This document shows positions 21,098 to 31,906 of a DNA stretch of 64,000 nt, one piece after another. The stretch comes from an uncultured Bacteroidales bacterium. GTDB lineage: Bacteria > Bacteroidota > Bacteroidia > Bacteroidales > VadinHA17. The translations under genes were made by a program, and so were the position numbers. The stretch covers positions 768,341-832,340 of the forward strand of contig CAVTSB010000002.1 in assembly GCA_963737255.1 (NCBI GenBank). The letters are read 5' to 3'. The notes under the pieces are model-generated. The model did no database searches. It worked only from the letters and a program-made list of their open reading frames with translations, and was not told the DNA's origin. Within the stretch, counting starts at the first letter, position 1; each line of letters starts with the position of its first letter.

Positions 21098-22089
21098 TCA
21101 GGGTAACGTGTGCAATAATAAGGAATGATGAGAATGAGGTTCTCGTTGTGCAAAGGGGTGAAAAGACCGATCATCCTTTCAAATGGGAATTTCCCGGAGG
21201 CAAGGTACAGACCGGTGAATCGGAGGAAGAATGCATCATCAGGGAGATCATGGAGGAACTCTCAATTGAAATTGTAATCTGCTGCCGGATGCCGGAGGTT
21301 GAGTATGACTATGGCAATAAAAAGATAGAACTTATACCTTTTATTTGTGACACGCTCGATGAACTGCCTCTCCTTTCCGAACATATTTCGTTTAAATGGC
21401 TTGCCTCAGGAGAACTGATGACGGTCGACTATTCGGAAGCAGATATCCTGGTGGCGGACCAGTATATCAGGAAACTGGATGGGAATAAGACTGAATGGCC
21501 GGAGCTGACAGAAGAGGATCAGTCGATCACCGATGACCAGGACCTTCAGAGGATGGTTAACCAGATGATGAGCATGCAGGAAGCTGAATGGATTGCCCTG
21601 TCAGCGATCGAAAATCCGGCCATTTTCAGGAAACTGATCGGGTACTCTTTTATGCCCGACAGGAAACTCTCCTTCAGGGCATCATGGACACTCTCAAAAG
21701 TTTGCGATAAGTTTCCGGAGATGATCTATCCCTACATGACTGAAATTATCGAAGGGCTTAAAAGAATTGACAATGAAAGCACGGAAAGATCTTTTTTGAG
21801 GATCATTTCGCTGGTCGATCCTGAAAGGCTCAGCCGCCGCCACCACGGAATCCTGACGGATCATTGCTTCAATGCCCTTGCTTCCGCAACATCAGCTATT
21901 GCTGTCAAGGCTTATTCAATGGAGATCATCTACAAGCTTGCGCTTATCTATCCCGAACTTGCTCATGAACTGGTGGCCAGCGTCAATATGCTTCAGGGAG
22001 AGGGATCAGCTGGTATTATTGCAAGGGGCAGGATCATCCTGAAAAAGCTGGCCTCAGATAGTAAAGACCGGCGATCAGGTAAGACATGA
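21094..22089 (+). CDS. NUDIX hydrolase (MutT-like) fused to a C-terminal HEAT/AlkD-like helical-repeat domain
   Basis: Nudix box GGKVQTGESEEECIIREIMEELS in residues about 1-125. A C-terminal region of about 200 aa is all-helical. The start overlaps the upstream stop (ATGA). Confidence 0.7.
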   Translation: MIRVTCAIIRNDENEVLVVQRGEKTDHPFKWEFPGGKVQTGESEEECIIREIMEELSIEIVICCRMPEVEYDYGNKKIELIPFICDTLDELPLLSEHISFKWLASGELMTVDYSEADILVADQYIRKLDGNKTEWPELTEEDQSITDDQDLQRMVNQMMSMQEAEWIALSAIENPAIFRKLIGYSFMPDRKLSFRASWTLSKVCDKFPEMIYPYMTEIIEGLKRIDNESTERSFLRIISLVDPERLSRRHHGILTDHCFNALASATSAIAVKAYSMEIIYKLALIYPELAHELVASVNMLQGEGSAGIIARGRIILKKLASDSKDRRSGKT

Positions 22090-22174
22090 CCTGACGGAGT
22101 CGGATTGAAGCCTAAAATTAAAAACTTTTCGATTAAATATAACTTTCGTACTTTTAGCACTCATTTTTTATGAC

Positions 22175-22396
22175 ATGAAAATTGTTGATACAAGGGGTCA
22201 GTCGTGCCCGGCACCGCTTATCGCTACAAAGAGGGCTATAAAAGAAACCGGGATGGAAGAAGCTTTCCAGGTACTTATTGGCAGTCAGAACGCGTTGAAC
22301 AATATTTCGAGATTTCTAAAAGATAACAAGGCTGGTTTTTCCGTTACGGAATCAGAAGGTTTCTGGACAATGACTGTTTCGAAAAAGGGGAGGTGA
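22175..22396 (+). CDS. TusA/SirA-like sulfurtransferase-fold protein
   Basis: 73 aa with the CPxP motif (GQSCPAPL). Ends 1 nt before selD. Confidence 0.75.
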   Translation: MKIVDTRGQSCPAPLIATKRAIKETGMEEAFQVLIGSQNALNNISRFLKDNKAGFSVTESEGFWTMTVSKKGR

Positions 22397-22397
22397 T

Positions 22398-23438
22398 ATG
22401 AAAATTGATCTTCTGGGGATGGTTGAATCAGGTGGCTGCTCGGCAAAGATTCCACCCCGGCAGCTTGAAGAGATCCTGAAGCATATTCCCCTTCCGGTTG
22501 ATCCGGACATTCTTGTTGACATTGACACCCATGATGATGCAGGAGTCTACAGGGTAAATGATGAGCTTGCGCTTGTTCTGACAACCGACTTCTTCCCTCC
22601 TGTCTGCAGTGACCCTTATGAATTCGGGCAGATTGCTGCGGCTAACTCAATAAGCGATGTATATGCGATGGGCGGCACGCCAGTTATTGCTTTGAACATT
22701 ATGATGTTCCCGTCCGGTAAGCTTCCGATGGAAGCGTATGCTGATATCCTTGTAGGAGGGTACGATAAGGCTTCGGAAGCCGGTACACGAATTATCGGCG
22801 GACATACAATCGAGGATTTCCCGCCAAAATACGGACTTGCTGTAGTTGGATACGTTCACCCTGGTAAAATCATTACAAATGCGGGGGCCAGACCAGGTGA
22901 TTTACTGATACTTACAAAACCTTTGGGTACTGGCTTGATCCTTGCCGGACAAAGGATGGGGATGGCATCAGAGGCGGATATTGAAGAGTCAAAATATTTT
23001 ATGAAGCTGCTTAACAAAACGGGAGCAGAGGTGATGCGGAAGTTCGGTATTAAGGGAGCCACTGATGTGACCGGATTCGGACTTGCCGGTCATGCCCTTA
23101 AAATGGCAAGGGCAGGCAACGTATCCTTGTCCCTGAATATGGGCCGTGTACCACTGATAGGAGAAGCATACAGACTGGTTGATGAAGGTTGTATCCCGGG
23201 AGTTTCATTTACGAATCTTGACTTTGTCGAGCATGAGTCAGGCTTTAGTGAGGATCTGGATTACAATTTGAAAATGATAGCCATGGATGCCCAGACATCA
23301 GGGGGGTTGTTGATGAGTGTGCCAGAGGAAAAAGCAGGGGTAGTGGTTTCAGAATTGCATAAAGCCGGATTAACCAGGGCGGCTGTGATTGGTAAAGTGA
23401 CAGAAAAGAGAGAAAAAAATATTTATCTGGAGAATTAG
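22398..23438 (+). CDS. selD: Selenide, water dikinase SelD (Cys-type)
   Basis: SGGCSAKIPPRQLEEIL (Cys/Lys N-terminal motif), DDAGVY, TTDFFPP, AANSISDVYAMGG, GGHTIED, ATDVTGFGLAGH. Confidence 0.88.
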   Translation: MKIDLLGMVESGGCSAKIPPRQLEEILKHIPLPVDPDILVDIDTHDDAGVYRVNDELALVLTTDFFPPVCSDPYEFGQIAAANSISDVYAMGGTPVIALNIMMFPSGKLPMEAYADILVGGYDKASEAGTRIIGGHTIEDFPPKYGLAVVGYVHPGKIITNAGARPGDLLILTKPLGTGLILAGQRMGMASEADIEESKYFMKLLNKTGAEVMRKFGIKGATDVTGFGLAGHALKMARAGNVSLSLNMGRVPLIGEAYRLVDEGCIPGVSFTNLDFVEHESGFSEDLDYNLKMIAMDAQTSGGLLMSVPEEKAGVVVSELHKAGLTRAAVIGKVTEKREKNIYLEN

Positions 23439-23444
23439 GTAAGT

Positions 23445-24071
23445 TCAATCAAAGATCGTTTCAAACAGATCATGCTGTTTTGCCTCGAAGCACATTTCGA
23501 TCTGTTTTCTTGTATTCCGTTCGGTTGAAAGCGGAGGCAAAGAGTCAATGCTAAAAAATCCTGCTTCCATTGTCTCGGTATTCTCGAAAAAGTTGTTACT
23601 GATCAGTTCACATTCTACAAATACCTTGTAAATGGTGAAGGGATAAAGGAAATTGAAGTGTTTGTTTGCCAGCTGGATTGCAATTATTCTTTTTGGTCTG
23701 ACTTCTGCACCAGCCTCTTCAAGGCATTCTCTGGCAGCTGATTCTCCGACCGAACTGTTTACGTCAGCCCAGCCTCCGGGTAATGACCAGGAACCATCAA
23801 TTTTTTCCCTCACCATAAGGATCCTGTCATTCTTGAAAACGGATGCCCTTATATCAACCTTCGGAGTCTGGTAACCGGTTTCGGAAGCAAAAAGATCCTT
23901 GATCTTTTCATAACTGATATCAGTATATTCATGAAGGATCTCAACAGAAAGATCCCTTATTTCCTGGTACCTGTCAAGGTCGTACTGGTTTTCTCCGAAT
24001 GTCAGACCCGCCTGTGCTATTGACTGAAGCCTGGTTGCCCATTCAAGCCACTTTTCTTTCATTAGATCCAT
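23445..24071 (-). CDS. NUDIX hydrolase with an N-terminal Nudix_N_2-type domain (ADP-ribose pyrophosphatase-like)
   Basis: WATRLQSIAQAGLTFGENQYDLDRYQEI, then the Nudix box GGWADVNSSVGESAARECLEEAG. Confidence 0.75.
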   Translation of the reverse strand: MDLMKEKWLEWATRLQSIAQAGLTFGENQYDLDRYQEIRDLSVEILHEYTDISYEKIKDLFASETGYQTPKVDIRASVFKNDRILMVREKIDGSWSLPGGWADVNSSVGESAARECLEEAGAEVRPKRIIAIQLANKHFNFLYPFTIYKVFVECELISNNFFENTETMEAGFFSIDSLPPLSTERNTRKQIEMCFEAKQHDLFETIFD

Positions 24072-24173
24072 GCTGTTTAATTTTTAAATATAGCTGTTTA
24101 AATTGAAAAAGTAATTGCGTTCCTGACAAACCGTCACGGCTGTCCCTTATTGTTGAACGTTGCTAATGTAATT

Positions 24174-24230
24174 TGTAACAAAAACTTAACAGCAGGAGAT
24201 AAAAAAAGAGAAGGTAATCAGGTAATTTTG
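24174..24230 (+). promoter_or_regulatory. Candidate Pho box (TGTAAC-N5-CTTAAC at 24174-24190) plus a -7 box TAATTTTG (24223-24230), upstream of the PiT gene
   Basis: Two hexamers 11 bp apart, lying 33-50 nt upstream of an exact TAnnTTTG match. The same hexamer and period recur at three other promoters in the window. Confidence 0.4.
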
Positions 24231-24323
24231 GGGAGGTAAAAAAGGCAGATCAATTGAGGGCATTGCGATGAATAAAAGATTGAGGAAGTATAGTTCGTTT
24301 TATCACGCTTTTAAACATCCGTC

Positions 24324-25300
24324 ATGACGTATTTGTATATACTTATAGCCCTGGTTCTTGTATTCGATTTCATAAACGGATTTCACGATTCTGCCAATTC
24401 AATTGCAACTGTAGTCTCAACAAAAGTACTTTCTCCGATTGCCGCGGTCGGACTGGCAGCCTCGTTTAATTTTATTGCTTTTCTGGTATTCCCGCTTTCA
24501 GTGTTGCCAAAACAATAGGCGCCGGAGTTATTGATGCTGATATAGTCACCTTAGATTTAATTGCTGCTGCTGTCACTGCCGCAATAGTCTGGAATCTTAT
24601 AACCTGGTGGCTGGGACTTCCCTCAAGTTCATCCCATACTCTTGTCGGAGGAATGGTGGGAGCAGCAATTGCAGGAAGCGGATTCGGATCTGTTGTATAT
24701 TCAGGTGTTTTAAAAATAGGAGTGTTTATTATTGTTGCCCCCGTGCTGGGAATGGTGATGTCTTACATCATCTCGGTAATTGTGCTTCACATTGTGAAAA
24801 AGCATTCGCCGTTTGGAATTGACAAACATTTCCGGAGATTACAGTTGTTATCTGCATCAGCTTTCAGTCTGGGGCATGGAGGCAATGATGCGCAAAAATC
24901 AATGGGTATAATCTGGGTGGCATTGTTTGCTGTTGGCAAGGTTCCAAAGGATTCTGATCCTGCCTTATGGGTTGTGTTGTCGTGTCATGCTGCAATTGCC
25001 CTGGGTACCTTGTTCGGAGGGTGGAGAATTGTAAAAACAATGGGTCAGAAGATTACAAAGCTGAAGCCATTTGAAGGATTCTGTGCTGAGACTGCCGGTG
25101 CACTGACACTATTCATGGCCACATCACTTGGAATTCCTGTCAGCACAACTCACACAATAACAGGAGCGATAATTGGTGTTGGTGCCACTAAAAGGGCCTC
25201 AGCGGTAAAATGGGGCGTTACCACAAAAATATTCTGGGCCTGGATACTGACGATACCTGTATCGGCCTGTATCGGAGCCATTATGTATTTATGCTTTTAA
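24324..25300 (+). pseudogene. Inorganic phosphate transporter, PiT family, two frameshifts (about 24510 and 24640)
   Basis: FDFINGFHDSANSIATVV (PiT signature), SSSHTLVGGMVGA in a shifted frame, GHGGNDAQKSMG, PVSTTHTITGAIIGVG. Confidence 0.85.
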
Positions 25301-25370
25301 GGCTAGTTTTCTGATTTTTATTTTGTCTTTCTGTTACACAAGGAACTCATTGATTGTGAGATGTGGATTT

Positions 25371-25398
25371 TGTAACAAAAATGTAAAAAATCTTCACA
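25371..25398 (+). promoter_or_regulatory. Candidate Pho box: TGTAAC / TGTAAA / TTCACA in 11-bp phase, upstream of the DUF47 (PhoU-like) gene
   Basis: tgtaacaaaaa tgtaaaaaatc ttcaca. A near-consensus -7 box TAACTTTC at 25431 lies 33 nt downstream. Confidence 0.4.
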
Positions 25399-25501
25399 TG
25401 AAAGGATATGAATTCTTGTTAAAGAGAGGTTAACTTTCGTTAAACTAATTGAACAAAGAATTTATAGATTGTTATATAATTTAGTATTAATAATCTAAAA
25501 A

Positions 25502-26164
25502 ATGACCAGAGAGAGTTTAGGAATGTTTTTACACCGAAATATTATTCATTGTTCCCGTTTTTTGACAGAATCGGAAAAAATCTTGTTGAAGCTGCCGAAC
25601 AGCTAAAGCTTCTTATGAGACAAACGATCCCGTAAACAGAAAGAAATAGCCAACGGATCAGTGGTCTTGAGAAAAACAGTGATATAATATTAAAAGGATA
25701 CCTAGTGCCCGCCTCAACAATTTTTATTATTCCATTTGACCGGGAAGACATAAGTAAGCTTGTTAACAAAATAGACGATGTACTGGAAAATATAAACAGT
25801 ATGGCCAGAATGGTGAATCTTTATAAGATTTCTGAAATATATCCGGTTTACAATGAAATGGCAGGAGATTGTTTATCTTGCTTCAAAAGAAATCAGTAGA
25901 TGTCTGGATGTATCTGAAGGACATCAATAGCAGTAAGGATAAAATAATGAAAAGCTGCGGAAATATCAAGGAGCTTGACAAAAAAGGCAGATGAGATTTT
26001 TTATTCCGGAATTATAAATCTTTTTATTAAGAAGGAAAGAATGCTGTCAGTATGACAAAAAAGAAGGAGATCTTGGATACACTTAATTATGAAATGTATG
26101 CAGGATCTTCAATAGTGTTGCAGAGATTAATGAGGACTATCCAGATAAAGGTTGCATGAAATGA
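25502..26164 (+). pseudogene. DUF47 / PhoU-like phosphate-transport regulator, multiple frameshifts; 3' end approximate
   Basis: Fragments FTPKYYSLFPFFDRIGKNLVEAAEQLK.. and IIPFDREDISKLVNKIDDVLENI (ORF 25705..25899). About 210 codons in total, adjacent to PiT. Confidence 0.6.
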
Positions 26165-26192
26165 TGACTTCCGGACCGCATTGGATAAACTA

Positions 26193-27961
26193 TTATTTTG
26201 GAAGTGAAAAAAGAAATTCGGTTCCTCCGCCGGCCCTGTTTCGGACCATGACATCTCTCCTTTATGAAGCAGGATTGCATTTTTTACAATTGCCAGACCA
26301 AGACCTGTCCCACCGCTTTTCCTCGACCGACCGGAATCAATCCGGTAGAAACGTTCAAAAACCCGGTTGATATGTTCATGTGGAATTCCTACTCCATTAT
26401 CGGAAAATGAAAAATGATAGAATTTCTTGTCTTCATTATAAATAAGTATCCTGATAGTAGTTTCTTCACCTGCATAGTTAATTGCATTTTCCACCAGGTT
26501 CTGAAAGATTGAGAGAATAAGTGATTTGTTACCCTTTAACCGTCAGATCATCTCAATATTTATTTCAACTTTCATTTTTCTCGCCTCAATTGCCGACATG
26601 AAATTATCACGGACTTCCCTGATTATTTTCTTTATTCTGACCTTCTCCGGCTGGAATGATGATCCTGCCTCTTCAATTTTATTCAGCACCGAAATATCAT
26701 TTATAAGTCCGGTAAGCCTGTCGGTCTGTGCAAGAGCTTTTTCAAGGAAATACTTCTGCTTTTTTGGCTCTATTGCAGTATCATTTATCAGAGTCTCAAT
26801 ATATCCTTTTATTGAAGCCACAGGTGTTTTTAGCTCATGAGCTATATTCGAAGTCATCTGCTGTTTGATGAGCTTGTTCTTGCCGATTTTTGTAATATCA
26901 TTCAGAATCACTTCAAAACTTTTGTCATGGAAGATCACACACTGAATACTGAAATACCTGCCATCCTTGACAACCTGATATTCCATTTTGGGCGGATCGG
27001 AGGAATTGATTTCAACACTGGAATATTTAGCTGATAAATTCACTAATGGCAGAGAATTCCGGGATTTCAAAAAAATTTGAAGAGAATATTTTCAGATCAC
27101 CCGAAATCAGGTTCATTTGCTGGATAAAATGATCATTGCTGAAAATAATCTCCCTTTCATTTGAAAAGAATGCAACTCCTTCATTCAGTGCATTGAGGTG
27201 ATTGAAAAGTTTCTCTTTCTCAATAGCAAGATCATTTTTGGCTGATAAAAGATTATTGTAAATTTCCAAGTATTTCAGAACCGATAACCCCAAGCTCATT
27301 TTTTGGGAAATCCGAATTAAAAGGTCTGTCATTTTTCAGGCTTACGATAAAATCCTGCAATCGTGTGACTGATTCACCGAACCTGTTTGTAACGAGGAGA
27401 ATAACACCCTCCGATAACAATAAAACAACCCAGGATGATAAACAGAAAACTAAGATTTGCCTTCAGAAAATGCAGCAATATTGACATCATAGATCAAGGC
27501 AGCCCTGATAAAATACTTACTGATAAAATTTTGAATAATAATAGAATTACTGTCCGGTGGTTCCTGATCTTCTTATCGCTGTTCCAAAATCCGAATTGCA
27601 GCGACTCAATAATCTCAGGTCTTGATTTATGATTCTCCATTGTTCCGTAGTCGTGAACAAAACTGTCATAAAGGACCTTTCCTGATGGTATCAATTATCG
27701 ATATCCGCAGGTTGGGGTGGGGAAGGAGCAGGTTCAGTGAATCTATTTTTTGGTATTCGCCGGAATTGTATATTGAATTAAGATTTACATAATTATCTAC
27801 TATCCTGTGTAATATTATATAATTCATCATTCAGTGTTGATATCCTGTACTGTTTTTCCCTTTGGATAGAGGTATGCGATAATCAGAATGGCAACTATCG
27901 AAAAGATAGCCGAATAGAAGAAGAGCAGATTGTTCCTGAATTTATTTTTTGAATTTAACAT
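26193..27961 (-). pseudogene. phoR: Sensor histidine kinase, PhoR-like (2 TM, PAS, HisKA, HATPase_c), multiple frameshifts
   Basis: H-box [24 protein letters not shown]-box [26 protein letters not shown]. The true C-terminus ..[16 protein letters not shown] lies in a shifted frame, with its stop at 26193. N-terminus MLNSKNKFRNNLLFFYSAIFSIVAILIIAYLY. Adjacent to a PhoB-like regulator and PiT/DUF47. Confidence 0.7.
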
Positions 27962-27980
27962 ACCGGGATGTGATCAGAAT

Positions 27981-28663
27981 TCAAAAAAATATCCGATAAC
28001 CGGTTTTGTTCTTCAGATTCTGGCCGTAGATTCCCAGTTTGGTCCTTAATCTGGTAATATTGACATCGACAGTTCTCTCGGTTACTATCACATCATTTCC
28101 CCAGACAGTAGTCAGTATCTCATCTCTTGAAAAAACCTTTCCCTGGTTCTCAAGAAGCAGTTTCAGTATTTCAAATTCCTTTTTTGTAAGTTCAATTTTT
28201 TCATCATTGATTATCAGTCTTTTCCTGATAGTATCCATTTCTATATCACCTAAATTTGATAGTTGCCGGCGGTTTTATCTTATCTGCCCGGGACACGTTT
28301 AAGAACTGCTTTTACCCGTGCTGTTAATTCATTAACAGAGAATGGTTTGGGAATATAATCATCAGCACCGAGGCTGAATCCGGTCAGCATGTCATTTTCA
28401 GTATCTTTTGCAGTCAGGAAGATAATTGGAACATTAATATTCATTTCTTTTCTGATCTTATCTGCAAGCTTAAATCCTGACATCGGACCCATCATTACAT
28501 CAAGAAGGATAAGATCAAAACTATAAAGGGATCTCTTCAGTGCCTCTTCTGCCGAATGTGCAACCTCTGTCTGATATCCTGCATTACCCAGGTTATACTG
28601 AAGAATTTCACACAGATCTTCTTCATCGTCAACTATTAGAATTCTTTTGTTTTTTGTATCCAT
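27981..28663 (-). pseudogene. phoB: OmpR/PhoB-family response regulator, one frameshift between the receiver and winged-helix domains
   Basis: Receiver: ILIVDDEEDL..DLILLDVMMG..FLTAK. DNA-binding domain: LTKKEFEILKLL..VFSRDEIL..VW..RTVDVNITRLRTKL. Confidence 0.75.
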
Positions 28664-28849
28664 TGGTGTTGAGTTGATATTTGAATATTTATTAAAGACA
28701 TATACTTTTCTGATGAAACGACATTACCGTCTTTTAGCACTAAACACCCCTGTGGGGTGATTAGACAATATTCAAACTCCTGGCTGCAAAGGTAACAGCA
28801 ATAAGTGAATAATTGTATTACAATTTTATTACAAATTGTTCAGTCAACG

Positions 28850-28917
28850 TGTAACATAATTGTAATTAAACCTTCAACGGTTTGTAACCGCCTTCAGGAT
28901 AATTAGACGGATATTTG
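28850..28917 (+). promoter_or_regulatory. Candidate Pho-box array (TGTAAC 28850, TGTAAT 28861, CTTCAA 28872, TGTAAC 28883, all 11 bp apart) plus a near-consensus -7 box GATATTTG (28910-28917)
   Basis: Read directly. Lies 40-107 nt upstream of the TonB-receptor ATG at 28957. Confidence 0.45.
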
Positions 28918-28956
28918 CAGCGGAGATATTTTGAAAAATCATCAACTTGATAAACA

Positions 28957-31829
28957 ATGAAAAATCTTTATCAAATCAAGCATCCTGGAATACTTATTTT
29001 CTTCTTTATGGTACAGAATTGCAACTGAATGGACAAACCGGAGCAATAGAGGAACCGTAACAGATAAATCAAATTCAGAAACACTTATCGGAACTACAGT
29101 TCAGATCGATGGTACCACAATAGGGACAACAACTGATATTAATGGACAATTTACAACTGCAAAATCTTAAACCGGGTAAGTATAACTTAAAGTATCATAT
29201 GTTTCATACACTACCAGGAGTAATTGAAAATGTAGATAGTTGAAACATGGCAAAGACGACAGCTGTAAATATTGAACTTGCAGGGCAATCTGTAAGCCTT
29301 GGTGATATAACTGTGTCTGCAATCAGAAGGACCAATACCGAGATCTCGATGATAACCGATATTAAGGCAAGTCAGTTTGTGTCGACCGGAATTTCGGGAC
29401 AGCAGATATCAAAGACACTCGACAAGGATGCGTCAGAAGTTGTTAAACGGGTTCCGGGAATTACAATAATGGATAACAGGTTTCTGATTGTCAGGGGACT
29501 TTCGCAGACGGTATAATAATGTTTGGCTGAACAATGCAGCAACTCCAAGTGCCGAGGCTGATGTAAAGGCTTTTTCATTTGATATCATCCCGAGTTCAAT
29601 GATCGAGAATATAATGATATTTAAATCACCTGCTGCTGAACTTCCTGCAGATTTTTCGGGAGGATTTGTAAAGATATCCACAAAAAACCTGCCTGAGAAG
29701 AATGGGGCATTTTTCTCATACGGCACCGGTTTCAGTGAGAACACAACATTCAGGGACTTTTATAAACCGGTACCGGGATCAACCGACTGGCTTGGCTTTG
29801 ACAATGGTTCAAGAGCATTACCGGCTGATATGCCAGCTCACCTTAATGAGTACGAGCTTGCAACAAATCCGGCCATAAAGGAGAAAATCACCTTCCTCGG
29901 CAGGGAACTGAATAATAACTGGTCTGCTTTGCGGGCTTCTGCTTATCCCGATCAGAAATTTCTTGCCGGACTAAACCGCAAATTCAATATCGGGAAACAT
30001 ACGCTGGGAAATATAACCGCAGTGACATACAGTTTTTCAAACAGTTCCGAAAAAATTCAGAATACCGATTATTCAATTTATGATTATTCGACCGATAAAC
30101 CTTCATATCTGAACCAGTTTCTTGATCAGCAGTTTTCCAATTCCGCAAGGATCGCATTAATGAACAATACATCGCTTTACCTTGGAAAAGGGACCAAGCT
30201 TGAGTTCCGCAATCTTTTCAACCAGTCGGGAACGTCACGCTATATCAGGAGAACGGCAGGGAATGGTATAACAATGGAAGGTATATAAGGTCGGAAGAAC
30301 TGAGATATCTGAGCAGATCAATTTATACCGGACAGCTTGCAGGCGATCATTCATTCGGCGAAGGAAAGACAAAAGTTGACTGGATTCTTGGTTATGCATC
30401 TTCAAATAAAAAAGAACCGGATACAAAAAGATACAGATATCTACGGGATGAGACCGATCCTGAAAAATATATGCTGCTGTTTTCCGATCAGGCCGATCTC
30501 TCTTCCCAGTCAAGAATGTGGATCAATCTGAATGAGAATACCATGTCAGCTTCCCTTAATTTTACCCGACAATTGAATATGGGAGGATTTCAGCCTGAAA
30601 TAAAGGCAGGATTCTATCATGAAAATAAGGAGAGGAGCTTTAATGCCCGGAACTTCGGTTATGCAAAAGGGAGCAGTGAATCGACATTCGGACAGACCTG
30701 GCTGCCGGTTGATCAGATATTCACTGATGAAAATATAAATCTCACCAGCGGGATCAAACTGACTGAGGTGACTGCACTTTCCGATTCATATACTGCAGCA
30801 AATAATCAGATCGCAGGATATCTTTCCACCAGAATTCCGATAGGGGAAAAGGTAAATATTTATGCAGGATTGAGGGTTGAGAAAAACAGGCAGACACTTT
30901 CAAGCTATAAGCAGGCTTCGTCAATCCGGGTAAATGTTGACAGGGATACGGTCAACCTCTTCCCATCAGCCAACATGACTTATAATTTCTCGGAAAAAAG
31001 CCTTATCAGAGCAGCGTACGGCATGACTATAAACAGGCCAGAGTTCAGGGAGATAGCGCCTTTCTACTATGTTGATTTTGAACAGAATGCTGGAATATAT
31101 GGAGCACCCGACATCAAACAGGCATATATTCACAATTTTGATCTGAGATATGAATTTTACCCCGATCCGGGTGAAACATTCAATATCGGGATGTTTTACA
31201 AGAAGTTTCTTAATCCGATCGAACAGATTATCCTGGGTAATAACCCTACACAATACTCGTTCGAGAATGTTGAATCGGCATATAGTGCAGGGATTGAAGC
31301 AGAACTGAGAAAATCGCTTGAATTTATCCCGGGATTAAAGAATTTTATGGTGGTTCTGAACAGTTCTGTTATAAAGAGCAGGGTAACCTTTCCTGATGGT
31401 TCACTATCACGGGACAGGTCGCTTGAAGGCCAGTCGCCATATATTGTTAATGCAGGCCTTTATTACCAGGGAGAAAAAAACGGAATGATGATAAGTCTTC
31501 TTTATAACGTTATCGGGAAAAGGATCGTTGCCGTCGGCCGGCCGTCTCCTAACGAATGGGAAGATATTCCTGATATTTATGAAATGCCCAGGAATGTTAT
31601 TGATCTGACTGTCAGCAAAACGATCGGGAAAAGATTTGAGATCAAAGGTGGTATAAAGGATCTTCTCAACGAAAAAGCCGAGTACATGCAGTCGGTCAAT
31701 GCCCTTGTTGATATGAGTACCTATACCAAAGGTGCTGAAAGCGGAATCAAACAGTTTGACCGGAAGCAATATACCAGGACATATTATCCGGGCAGATATT
31801 TCAGTCTGGGAATAACTATGAAGCTGTAA
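28957..31829 (+). pseudogene. TonB-dependent receptor with an N-terminal CarboxypepD_reg domain, several frameshifts in the first 1.5 kb
   Basis: MKNLYQIKHPGILIFFF.., GTVTDKSNSETLIGTTVQIDGTTIGTTTDINGQF (shifted frame), plug motifs in ORFs 29247.. and 29488.., and beta-barrel ORF 30471..31829. Confidence 0.8.
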
Positions 31830-31906
31830 TAAAGCCTCAGCACTTAAAATTCTCCCTTTGAAGAAGGCCGGGGGGATGACTATTAATAATCAATAAATAA
31901 GAAAAT

